A stretch of DNA of 64,000 nt, taken from NCBI GenBank assembly GCA_963851245.1, contig CAWKOH010000012.1, forward strand, positions 103,322-167,321, given 5' to 3'. This DNA comes from an uncultured Acidimicrobiaceae bacterium. Its GTDB lineage: Bacteria > Actinomycetota > Acidimicrobiia > Acidimicrobiales > Palsa-688. Of the stretch, positions 8,330 through 17,574 are shown one piece after another. The stretch's first letter is position 1, and the number at the start of each line of letters is the position of its first letter. The position numbers and the translations under genes were made by a program. The notes under the pieces are model-generated. The model worked only from the letters and a program-made list of their open reading frames with translations, did no database searches and was not told the DNA's origin.

Positions 8330-9733
8330 ATGAGCGACGCTGAAGCCCCGCGCAAAGTCAGCCTTATGGACCGGCTCCTCGGGCGCGTGCCACCCGGCCA
8401 GCCGGAGTTGACGGAGATGCTGGAGACCAAGACGGACGAAGGCATCCAGGAGATGGCACCACGTTCGCGGACCTCGCAACAGGAGCTGCGCCTGGAGTCC
8501 GGTTCGGTCCTGCGCCTCCCCGAGGGTGTCGAACTCAACCGCATGGACGTGGACGTCGAAACGCCTGAAGACGAGAGCATGATCCTCAACCTCGGACCAT
8601 CGCACCCTTCCACCCACGGCGTGTTGAGGGTCATGGTCGAGATCGACGGAGAAACCGTCCTGCGGTCCAAGCCTGTCGTCGGTTACCTCCACACCGGCAT
8701 GGAGAAGACGGCCGAGGAGCTCATGTACCACCAGGGCTGCACGAATGTCACCCGGATGGACTACCTGGCGCCCTTCTTCAACGAGCTGGGCTACTGCCTC
8801 AGCGTCGAAAAGCTCCTCGACGTCGAGATACCGCCCCGGGCCACCTGGATCCGGATGCTGATGTGCGAGTTCAACCGGATCAGCTCGCACTTTCTCTGGC
8901 TGGCCACCAACGGCGCCGATCTGGGCGCCCTCAACATGCTGGTTTACGGGTGGCGTGAGCGCGAGATGGTCCTGGCCTTCTTCGAGAAGGTCACGGGACT
9001 ACGCATGAACCACAACTACTTCCGGCCCGGCGGCGTGGCCGCCGACCTACCGGACGGGTGGCGTGACGATGTGGATGCCCTCTGTGAGGCGATCCCCCGG
9101 CGCATGGACGAGTACGACGACCTTCTGACCGGGCAGCCCATCTTGCAGAACCGCTTGCAGGGCGTCGGCCCCCTTGATGCCGACACTGCCATCGGATTGG
9201 GTCTCACCGGGCCGCTGTTGCGCTCGACGGGAGTGGCATGGGATTTGAGGCGAGATCAGCCCTACCTGGCCTATGACCAGGTCGACTTCGATGTGATCGT
9301 CGGGACGAACGGCGACTGCTGGGATCGTTACGCCATCCGTTTCAACGAGATTCGTGAGTCCGTCCGGATCATTGAGCAGATCTCCGAAATGATGCCTCCG
9401 GGCGATTTCCGTACCCAGGACAAGAAGATCACGCCGCCTCCGCGCAACCGCATCGACGAGTCAATGGAAGCTTTGATCCACCACTTCAAGCTCTACACCG
9501 AGGGCTTCCGGGTCCCGCCCGGAGAGGCGTACGTACCGGTAGAGAGCCCTCGCGGTGAGAGCGGCTGCTATGTCGTGTCGGACGGGACCGCCAAGCCGTA
9601 CCGGGTCCACATGCGGGCGGCCAGCTTTGCCAACCTGCAGGCCATGGCGCCGCTCGCCCGGGGATCGCTCATAGCCGACACCATCGCCATTGTGTCCACC
9701 ATCGATCCCGTACTGGGCGACGTCGATCGATGA
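8330..9733 (+). CDS. nuoD: NADH-quinone oxidoreductase subunit D
   Basis: The ORF 8234..9733 contains LNLGPSHPSTHGVLR, GYLHTGMEK and RVPPGEAYVPVESPRGE. I prefer ATG 8330 (MSDAEAP), because the upstream part of the ORF is repeat unit 2 read out of its own frame. Confidence 0.92.
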   Translation: MSDAEAPRKVSLMDRLLGRVPPGQPELTEMLETKTDEGIQEMAPRSRTSQQELRLESGSVLRLPEGVELNRMDVDVETPEDESMILNLGPSHPSTHGVLRVMVEIDGETVLRSKPVVGYLHTGMEKTAEELMYHQGCTNVTRMDYLAPFFNELGYCLSVEKLLDVEIPPRATWIRMLMCEFNRISSHFLWLATNGADLGALNMLVYGWREREMVLAFFEKVTGLRMNHNYFRPGGVAADLPDGWRDDVDALCEAIPRRMDEYDDLLTGQPILQNRLQGVGPLDADTAIGLGLTGPLLRSTGVAWDLRRDQPYLAYDQVDFDVIVGTNGDCWDRYAIRFNEIRESVRIIEQISEMMPPGDFRTQDKKITPPPRNRIDESMEALIHHFKLYTEGFRVPPGEAYVPVESPRGESGCYVVSDGTAKPYRVHMRAASFANLQAMAPLARGSLIADTIAIVSTIDPVLGDVDR

Positions 9734-9791
9734 GGTCGAGGATTCTCGGCGTGAGTTGGACCGGACCCCTCGGTATGGGCAAGGATCGGGC

Positions 9792-10514
9792 GTGCCTCGG
9801 CTGAACCCCGGCAACCTGCAGAGGGCCATTGACCTGATCGCCCTTTACCCCGAGCCCCGCTCGGCGTTGATCCCAATCCTGCACGTACTGCAGGAGCAGG
9901 ACGGTTACCTGACCGAGGAAGGGATGGTCCACGTCGCGGAGCTGCTCGGACTGGCGGCGGCGGAAGTGAGGGGCACGGCTTCCTTCTACGACATGTTCCA
10001 TTTCGAGCCGGTCGGCAAGTACCTGGTGGCGGTCTGCACGAACATCGCCTGCATGCTGCAGGGCGCCTATCGCCTGCTCGAGCACGTCGAGGATCGACTG
10101 GGGGTCGCTCCCGGAGGAACGACCGAGGACGGGATGTTCACCCTGGAGGACGCCGAGTGCCTGGCCCTGTGCGGTAACGCCCCGTGCGTCACGGTCAACT
10201 GGCGCTTCTTCGGGGACATGGACCCGGAGGGATTGGACGAACTGGTAGACGACCTTCGGGCCGGTCACCTCGACGACGAGGTGCCACCACACGGAACGTT
10301 GAGCCGGGTCGATCGCGCCGTAGGGCTACCGGCCGCACCAGAAGAGGACCGCAGCGGACCGGAGCCCGAGCGTCGAGCGTCGCTGGTCGGGGTCGCCCGT
10401 GACGGGTCTCACGCTGATGTGGCGCCGTCGCACGCCCACCCCGACCTCGCCACGCATCGCTCCACACCTGCCACCGCCTCTCTTCACGCCGGCCACCTGG
10501 ACGGCAACCAGTGA
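9792..10514 (+). CDS. nuoE: NADH-quinone oxidoreductase subunit E (2Fe-2S), with a C-terminal extension
   Basis: Contains RSALIPILHVLQEQDGYL, VAVCTNIACML and ECLALCGNAPC. The ORF opens at 9690. GTG 9792 has AAGGA about 7 nt upstream. Confidence 0.88.
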   Translation: MPRLNPGNLQRAIDLIALYPEPRSALIPILHVLQEQDGYLTEEGMVHVAELLGLAAAEVRGTASFYDMFHFEPVGKYLVAVCTNIACMLQGAYRLLEHVEDRLGVAPGGTTEDGMFTLEDAECLALCGNAPCVTVNWRFFGDMDPEGLDELVDDLRAGHLDDEVPPHGTLSRVDRAVGLPAAPEEDRSGPEPERRASLVGVARDGSHADVAPSHAHPDLATHRSTPATASLHAGHLDGNQ

Positions 10515-13500
10515 CGATCACCGACGCGCCCCGCATCGTGAGTCGCCGTCTCGGCACGGCCCGCTCTTGGACGCTCGAGTCCTACCTGGCCGACGGTGGC
10601 TATCAAGCCCTGCGGGCGGCCCTGGCCAGGACCCCCGAGCAGATTCACGAGTGGGTGAACACCGCCAACATCCTGGGCCGCGGTGGGGCCGGCTTCGAAG
10701 CGGGGCGCAAGTGGGGCATGCTGCGCCAAGCCCAACCGGTGTACCTGACCGTCAACGGGGACGAGAGCGAGCCGGCGACGTTCAAGGACCACGCATTGAT
10801 CGAGGGCGACCCGCACCAGATCATCGAAGGTTCGCTGATCTGCGCCTACGCCATCGGCGCCGCCCAGGTTTTCCTTTTCGTGCGCGGCGAGTTCCCGCTT
10901 GGCATCGAGCGGCTCCAGTCGGCTCTGAACGAGGCCTATGCCTACGGGGCGGTCGGGCGCGACATCTTCGGCAGCGGCTTCTCCGTCGATGTCGTGGTCC
11001 ACCCCGGAGCCGGCGCCTATATCTGTGGTGAGGAGACAGCCCTCCTGGAAAGCCTGGAAGGCAAACGCGGCTACCCGAGGATCAAGCCGCCCTACTTCCC
11101 TGCCGCCATCGGGTTGTACGGCGCCCCGACCATCGTGAACAACGTCGAGACAGTGGCGAACCTGCCCTGGATCATGCTCAACGGAGGGGAAGAGTACGCC
11201 AAGCTCGGCGAAGGTCGCTCGAAAGGTACCAAGCTCATAGCGCTGGCCGGGCATGTGAAGCGACCAGGGAACTACGAGCTGGAATGGGCCAAGTGCACCT
11301 TCCGGGAGCTCATCTTCGATCCCCGGCTGGGCGGCGGGATGCGCGACGACAACGAGTTCAAGGTGATGATCCCGGGAGGCGCGTCCTCGCCCTGGCTCGG
11401 CCCGGAGCACCTGGACATCACCATGTCCAACGAGGCCATTGCATCAGCCGGCAGCATGGCCGGGTCGGGGTCGATCGTGCCCATGGACCACACCACGTGC
11501 GTGGTGAGGGCCGCCTGGCGCATCGTCCGCTTCTTCCACCGGGAGTCCTGTGGTCAGTGCACGCCCTGTCGCGAGGGTGGGGGATGGTTGGAGAAGATCC
11601 TGGAGCGAATCGAGAGCGGCCAAGGGCGTGAATCGGATCTCGATCTGCTGATGGACGTGTGCGACAACATCTCGCCCGGCGTCGCCTGGCCGCCGGCCCA
11701 AACGACCATCTGCGTGCTTGGTCCGTCGATGCCGCCGTCAGTGGCGGCGGGTATCCGTATGTTCCGCGATGAGTACCTCGACCACGTCCGTCAGGGTCGC
11801 TGCCCGTTCCCCCCGACCGGCTGCCGCGGAGGCTCGCCCGTGTCTGAGACTCCGGTCCGGTTGACCAAACGGCCGCTCATAACCGAGAGTGGGGTCGGGA
11901 CGGCACCGCCCGCCCCATCGGCCGGTGACACCGAAACCGTGAAGATCACCATCGACGGCCGGCAGGTCGAGGTCCGGGCCGGCCAGTGGATCATCCAGGC
12001 GGCCGACGAGGCGGGCGTGTACATACCGCGCTTCTGCTATCACCCTCGAATGAAGCCCGTCGGCATGTGCCGGATGTGTCTGGTCGAAGTGGAAGGCCCT
12101 CGCGGCGCCACCCTGATGCCGGCTTGCTACAACGCCGTGGCCGACGGCATGGAGATCCGGACCGACAGCCAGAAGGCCAAGAAGGCGCAGGAGGGGGTAC
12201 TCGAGTTCCTCCTCGTCAACCACCCTCTCGACTGCCCGGTGTGCGACAAGGGAGGCGAATGCCCCCTGCAGGACCAGACCCTCGCTTACGGGCCGGGCGA
12301 GTCCCGTTTCGTCGAGGAGAAGCGCCACTGGGAGAAGCCGATCCCGATCTCGGAGCTGGTCTATCTGGATCGCGAGCGGTGCATCCAGTGCGGTCGTTGC
12401 GTCCGCTTCGCCGACGAGGTGGCCGGAGACGCGCTCATCGACTTCGCGGAGCGGGGCGACCAGACCGAAGTCGCCACCTTTCCAGGTGAGCCGTACTCGT
12501 CGTATTTCAGCGGCAATGTCGTGCAGATCTGCCCAGTCGGGGCCCTCACGGCCAAGCCTTACCGATTCAAGGCTCGGCCCTGGGATCTCGATCAGGTGGA
12601 GAGCACCTGTACAACCTGTTCGGTTGGGTGCCGGGTGGCGCTCCAATCCAGTTCGGGCGAACTGACCCGCCTCATCGGAGTGGACTCGGACCCGGTCAAC
12701 TGGGGTTGGTTGTGCGACAAGGGGCGCTTCGCGTTCGCCGGCTACTCAAGCCCGACCCGGATCGCCGCCCCGCTTGTCCGCCGGGGTGAGACGTTGGTGG
12801 AGGTCAGCTGGGCCGAAGCGCTGTCTGTGGCCGCGGCAGGTATAGAAGCGGCCAGGCGGGCGGGCGGAGGGGACTCCATCGGTGTCATCGGTGGATCCCG
12901 ACTGCCGAACGAAGACGCCTATGTCTGGGCCAAGGTGGCCCGCCGCGTCTTCGAGACCGACAACGTCGATGCCCAGGTCGGCGACGGCCTTCCTGCCGAG
13001 ACCGTGCTCGGGTTGCCGCGGGCCACCATCGACCAGGCGGCGACGGCTCCCCTCGTCCTCACCCTCAGTCCCGACATCAAGGACGAGCTGCCCGTCCTCT
13101 ATCTCCGCCTCCGCCACGCCGTGCGGGAGAACGGCACTCAGCTGGTCGAGCTGACCCCGGCGCCGACCGGACTGACGCCCTACGCAGCCGAGACGGCGGT
13201 CTACCGGCCGGGTGAGCTGGCCCGGCTGGCCGCCACTCTCGTCGTCGGCGGCCCGGTCACTGCTGACGTGGCCGGCGTGCCTCTCGAAACCATCGAAGCC
13301 ATTCGGGCTCACATTGAAAGGGCGGGCAAAGTAGGCGAGCCGGGCGCGCCCTCGATCGTGGTGATCCTGGGTCGTCCGTCGCTGGCCGAGTCGGAGGACC
13401 AGGTAGCGGCAGCAGCCCGGATACTGGCCGACCTGCCCAATGTGTCCTTCCTGCCCGCGCTTAGGCGTGGCAACGTCCACGGTGCCCTCGACCTGGGTCT

Positions 13501-14698
13501 GGCGCCCGGTCTGCTTCCGGGCCGGGTAGGCCTGGACGAGGGGCGGGCCTGGTACGAACACCACTGGCAGGCCACGCTGCCCGGCCGGCGCGGCATGGGA
13601 ACGGCCGCCATGCTGGAAGCAGCCGCCCGCGGTCACATCGGGGCCCTGGTGCTGGTCGGCGCCGATCCGCTGAGGGACTTTCCCGATTCGACCCTGGCGG
13701 TCAAGGGGCTGCTGGGTGCCCGCATGCTGGTGGCGGTGGACACTCACATGACCGACTCGGTCCGGCGCGCCGATGTCATCCTCCCGGCCGCGGCCTGGTC
13801 CGAGCGACGGGGCACCTTTACCAACATCGAAGGACGCATCACCTGGCTCAGCCAGCTGGTGACCGACCACGGCGTGGCCTGGCCGGACTGGATGATCGCC
13901 AGCGAGCTGGCCGTCCGCCTCGGCGTGGACCTCGGGTTCACCCGCCTCGAGGACATCTGGGACGAGGTGGTGTCGGTGTCGCCGCTGCATGGTGGGGCCG
14001 GCTACACGCTCATCAGCGGGCAGCGGGCCCGGGACGGGGTCCTCGTTCCGGCCGACAGCCACGGAGAGGGCTCTCGTAGCCCCCATCCCCTCGATCCCAT
14101 GGCGGATCCCGGCATCTCTTCCGCCGAGCTGCACAAGCTCTCGCCAACCGCCTTGCTGTTGTCCGGCGTGGCCATGGTTCCCGAACCCAATGGAGCCGGT
14201 GCCACCGGTCCGACTGACGGAGGCGGGTCCCCAGAAGAGGAGCCTTCCGCGGTTGGCGAGCGAGCCGGCGACGAAGCGCCACCACAGATGCCGGCGATGC
14301 TCGGGCTGCCGGCCGTCCCACCGCCCCCAGGGACGGGCGCCGGCGGGAACCGAGAGGGTTACCTCAGGCTGGTCTCACGACGCGCCATGTGGGACGAGGG
14401 CACCCTGGTTCAATCGGTGCCGGCTCTGGCCGCACTGCACCCGCAGCCAGTGCTGCGCGTGCACCCTAGCGTTCTGGCCGGCATGGGCGCCGCCGACGGC
14501 GAAGCAGTGTCGGTGAAATCGGGCCAGGGCTCGTTGACCCTGCCGGCGGTGGGAGACCCCGCCCTCCCGACCGGTAGCGCGGTGCTCCCGTGGAACCTGC
14601 CCGGTGCCCATGCATCGGACCTCATAGACGCCTCTTCGCCGGTGACCGAGGTCCGGCTGAGCAGCACCGCGATCGAGGACGGTGAGGCCGATGGGTGA
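10511..14698 (+). CDS. nuoF-nuoG: NuoF and NuoG encoded as one continuous 1395-aa ORF (NuoF domain ~10511-11810, linker, NuoG domain from ~11839/11939)
   Basis: NuoF motifs: GRGGAGFEAGRKW, ESCGQCTPCREG. NuoG motifs: CYHPRMKPVGMCRMCLVEV, HPLDCPVCDKGGECPLQ, CIQCGRCVRF, CPVGALT, CTTCSVGC. There is no in-frame stop between the two domains. See the finding about the internal SD+GTG. Confidence 0.88.
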   Translation: MTITDAPRIVSRRLGTARSWTLESYLADGGYQALRAALARTPEQIHEWVNTANILGRGGAGFEAGRKWGMLRQAQPVYLTVNGDESEPATFKDHALIEGDPHQIIEGSLICAYAIGAAQVFLFVRGEFPLGIERLQSALNEAYAYGAVGRDIFGSGFSVDVVVHPGAGAYICGEETALLESLEGKRGYPRIKPPYFPAAIGLYGAPTIVNNVETVANLPWIMLNGGEEYAKLGEGRSKGTKLIALAGHVKRPGNYELEWAKCTFRELIFDPRLGGGMRDDNEFKVMIPGGASSPWLGPEHLDITMSNEAIASAGSMAGSGSIVPMDHTTCVVRAAWRIVRFFHRESCGQCTPCREGGGWLEKILERIESGQGRESDLDLLMDVCDNISPGVAWPPAQTTICVLGPSMPPSVAAGIRMFRDEYLDHVRQGRCPFPPTGCRGGSPVSETPVRLTKRPLITESGVGTAPPAPSAGDTETVKITIDGRQVEVRAGQWIIQAADEAGVYIPRFCYHPRMKPVGMCRMCLVEVEGPRGATLMPACYNAVADGMEIRTDSQKAKKAQEGVLEFLLVNHPLDCPVCDKGGECPLQDQTLAYGPGESRFVEEKRHWEKPIPISELVYLDRERCIQCGRCVRFADEVAGDALIDFAERGDQTEVATFPGEPYSSYFSGNVVQICPVGALTAKPYRFKARPWDLDQVESTCTTCSVGCRVALQSSSGELTRLIGVDSDPVNWGWLCDKGRFAFAGYSSPTRIAAPLVRRGETLVEVSWAEALSVAAAGIEAARRAGGGDSIGVIGGSRLPNEDAYVWAKVARRVFETDNVDAQVGDGLPAETVLGLPRATIDQAATAPLVLTLSPDIKDELPVLYLRLRHAVRENGTQLVELTPAPTGLTPYAAETAVYRPGELARLAATLVVGGPVTADVAGVPLETIEAIRAHIERAGKVGEPGAPSIVVILGRPSLAESEDQVAAAARILADLPNVSFLPALRRGNVHGALDLGLAPGLLPGRVGLDEGRAWYEHHWQATLPGRRGMGTAAMLEAAARGHIGALVLVGADPLRDFPDSTLAVKGLLGARMLVAVDTHMTDSVRRADVILPAAAWSERRGTFTNIEGRITWLSQLVTDHGVAWPDWMIASELAVRLGVDLGFTRLEDIWDEVVSVSPLHGGAGYTLISGQRARDGVLVPADSHGEGSRSPHPLDPMADPGISSAELHKLSPTALLLSGVAMVPEPNGAGATGPTDGGGSPEEEPSAVGERAGDEAPPQMPAMLGLPAVPPPPGTGAGGNREGYLRLVSRRAMWDEGTLVQSVPALAALHPQPVLRVHPSVLAGMGAADGEAVSVKSGQGSLTLPAVGDPALPTGSAVLPWNLPGAHASDLIDASSPVTEVRLSSTAIEDGEADG

Positions 14699-15906
14699 CC
14701 CGGTCTTCGTCAACGGCCTGGACCTGGCGGTCTGGCTCATCCTTCTCGTAAAGGTTGTCGCCATATTCGTCATCGTCCTGGTGTCGGTCCTGTTCATGGT
14801 CATGTACGAGCGTAAAGCGGTGGCCTGGCTGGGGGTGCGTTACGGACCGAACCGGGCCGGCCCCAACGGTTGGCTGCAGTCGCTCGCAGACGGCACCAAG
14901 CTGCTGTTCAAGGAGGCCTTCGCTCCTCGCGGGGCGGACAAGCCCATCTACCGTGCCGCTCCGTACCTGATGCTGTTCCCGGTGTTCCTGGTCTTCTCGA
15001 TCGTGCCGCTGGGCGGAACCATCACCATTGCGGGCCACACCACCGAGTTGCAGTTGGCCGATCCGCCCTGGGGCATCCTGTTCCTCCTGATGTGCTCGGG
15101 CATAGCCGTGTACGGGGTCATGCTGGCCGGCTGGGCCTCGGGTTCGAAGTACCCGCTACTCGGATCAGTGCGGGCCACGGCGCAGATGGTGTCCTACGAG
15201 GCGGTGCTCGGCCTCACGATCGCCACTGTCGTACTGGTCACCTCGTCTCTACGTACCAGCGCCATCGTGCGCGCCCAGCACGGCGGGTTCCTCTACGACT
15301 GGAACTTCATCCACACCCTGATCCTGCCTTTCGTCCTCTTCGCCGTGGCCATCACGGCCGAGATCGACGCGGCCGCCGTTCGATCTGGTGGAGGCCGAGG
15401 AGGAACTGTCGGGTGGTTACAACCTGGAGTACTCCTCCATCGACTTTGCCTGGTTCTACCTGGCCGAGTACGCCGCTCTGGTCACCAACTCCGCCATCAT
15501 CGCCACCCTCTGGTTTGGTGGTCCGGATGGTCCGCGGATCGCTGGCCACAGCATCGGTCCGGTGTGGTTCGCCATCAAGGTCCTGATCATCCTCTACATC
15601 TACGTGTGGGTGCGGGCGACTCTTCCCCGTCTGCGCTACGACCAGCTGATGGACCTCGGCTGGAAGCGGATGATCCCCCTGGCGCTGGCCATGCTGATGA
15701 TCGTGGCCGGATTCCAGATCACGCCGACATCCACCTCCAAGAGCGCGGTGACCCGTTTCTTCGTGGAGAGAGAGTGGGGTCTGCTGGCCATCCTGGCCAG
15801 CATCGTGCTGTACGTGCTGTTCACGCTCGCCATCGATGTGGGTCGGCGAGCAAACGATGTGGACGCCGCCTATCACGCCCGCCTGGCCCAAGAGGTTGAA
15901 GAGTGA
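14691..15906 (+). pseudogene. nuoH: NADH-quinone oxidoreductase subunit H, split by a single-base (+1) frame shift at ~15369
   Basis: The 5' part is in frame 0 (ERKAVAWLGVRYGPNRAGPNGWLQSLADG...ITAEID). The 3' part is in frame 1 (RPPFDLVEAEEELSGGYNLEYSS...). The join falls inside the conserved AE..R.PFDL.EAE motif: gag atc gac [g] cgg ccg ccg ttc gat. Confidence 0.88.
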
Positions 15907-16628
15907 GCTTCTTCAAAGGGTTCGCCGTCACAGGGAAGCTGCCCTTCAAGCCCAAGGTCACCGTGCAGTACCCGGAGGAGAAGCGGCCCAAGCCAGAACG
16001 CTTCCACGGTCGCCACGTGCTCAACCGTTACGAAGACGGCATGGAGAAATGCATCGGGTGCGAGCTGTGCGCAGGGGTGTGCCCCGCCAGGTGCATCTAC
16101 GTGCGAGGAGCCGACAACCCCCCCGACGAACCGGTTTCTCCGGGGGAGCGCTACGGGTTCGTCTACGAGATCAACTTTCTCCGCTGCATCCACTGCGACA
16201 TGTGCGTGGAGGCCTGCCCGACGGAAGCCATTACCGAGTCGAAGATGTTCGAGTTTTCCTTCGTGAACCGCGAGGACGCCATCTACACCAAGGCCGAGTT
16301 GCTGGTGGACGACGACGGCCGGCCCCGCGAGCTTCCGTGGGAGGACTGGAAACCCGGCGACGACCGCAACACCTCGGCCTGGGTGCGGGCGACCGGGCCC
16401 TCAGGGTCGGCGGCCCAGGAAGGCAAACCACTGTGGTCGGGGGAGCTCGGCTACGGCGTGCGACCGGCTCAGCGGGGTCAGAGTGATCCTTCCTCCGCAG
16501 ACTTTCCGGCCGACACCGACTACTCGCTGCGGGAGCTGCTCGCCAACGCCCTGCGGGGCGTCAATGTCGACGGCAAGCGTCCGATCCGGGGTACCTCCGG
16601 CGAGGACCAGACGGGAGGGACGAGCTGA
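15903..16628 (+). CDS. nuoI: NADH-quinone oxidoreductase subunit I (2 x 4Fe-4S), with a C-terminal extension
   Basis: Contains [12 protein letters not shown] and [12 protein letters not shown]. The GTGA start overlaps the nuoH stop. Confidence 0.93.
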   Translation: MSFFKGFAVTGKLPFKPKVTVQYPEEKRPKPERFHGRHVLNRYEDGMEKCIGCELCAGVCPARCIYVRGADNPPDEPVSPGERYGFVYEINFLRCIHCDMCVEACPTEAITESKMFEFSFVNREDAIYTKAELLVDDDGRPRELPWEDWKPGDDRNTSAWVRATGPSGSAAQEGKPLWSGELGYGVRPAQRGQSDPSSADFPADTDYSLRELLANALRGVNVDGKRPIRGTSGEDQTGGTS

Positions 16629-17263
16629 TGTTCCCCAGCCTGCTGGCGTCAGCGTCGAGCTCCGGCCACGATCTCGCGGTCGCATCGGCCTGGGCGGTGT
16701 TCCTGGTCGGAGCGGCCATGATTCTCACCGGGGCGTTCGGCGTCATCCTCCTCCGCAACCCGGTGCACTGCGCCCTGATGCTGATCATCACCCTCTTCGG
16801 CGTGGCGCTCGAGTTCATCAACCAGGCTGCCGACTTCCTCGCGGCGGTTCAGATCATCGTCTACGCCGGTGCGGTGGTCATCGTGTTCCTGTTCGTCATC
16901 ATGTTCCTGGGGGTGGACCGCCGCGAGGCGGCCGGTCCCGAAGCCACCAAGTTCCAGAAGCCCCTGGCCCTGATTCTGGGCGTGGTGGCCCTGATCGAGA
17001 TCCTCATCCTGTCGGGGGTCACCAAGTGGGTAAGCGGCCAGCCCAGTGTCGCCGGTGCCCTCAACGGTCCGGGCGAGAACGTGCAAAAGCTCGGTCAGTC
17101 GATCTACACCCGGTACCTGCTGCCGTTCGAGATGACGGCGGCGCTGCTCGTCATTGCCGTGGTGTCCGCAGTCGTCTTGTCCCGGCGGCAGCAGCCGAGC
17201 GCGAGTGAGCTGTCATCGGCTGAGCAGGAGCACCTCGAGGCCAAGGAGACTGAGTCGCCGTGA
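16628..17263 (+). CDS. nuoJ: NADH-quinone oxidoreductase subunit J
   Basis: 211-aa hydrophobic ORF ([17 protein letters not shown]...[19 protein letters not shown]). It overlaps nuoI by TGATG. Confidence 0.9.
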   Translation: MFPSLLASASSSGHDLAVASAWAVFLVGAAMILTGAFGVILLRNPVHCALMLIITLFGVALEFINQAADFLAAVQIIVYAGAVVIVFLFVIMFLGVDRREAAGPEATKFQKPLALILGVVALIEILILSGVTKWVSGQPSVAGALNGPGENVQKLGQSIYTRYLLPFEMTAALLVIAVVSAVVLSRRQQPSASELSSAEQEHLEAKETESP

Positions 17264-17565
17264 CCGTACCCGGTGCCTGGTATCTGGTCCTCGCAGCCGT
17301 CCTGTTCGGGGTGGGCGCCACCGGCCTCCTGATACGGCGCAACGTTCTGGTCATGTTCATGTGCGTCGAGTTGATGCTCAACGCCGTGAACCTGACCTTC
17401 GTGACCTTCGCCCGCCTCCTGAATGATGTCGGCGGTCAGGCGTCGGTGTTCTTTGTCCTGGTGGTCGCGGCCGCAGAAGTAGTGGTGGGCCTGGCGATCA
17501 TCGTGGCCATGTTCCGCCGGCGGGCCGCAGCCACCGCCGATGACATCCACGCACTGAAGGGCTGA
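17260..17565 (+). CDS. nuoK: NADH-quinone oxidoreductase subunit K
   Basis: 101 aa with [20 protein letters not shown] and [17 protein letters not shown] overlap. Confidence 0.93.
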   Translation: MTVPGAWYLVLAAVLFGVGATGLLIRRNVLVMFMCVELMLNAVNLTFVTFARLLNDVGGQASVFFVLVVAAAEVVVGLAIIVAMFRRRAAATADDIHALKG

Positions 17566-17574
17566 ACGAACCGC

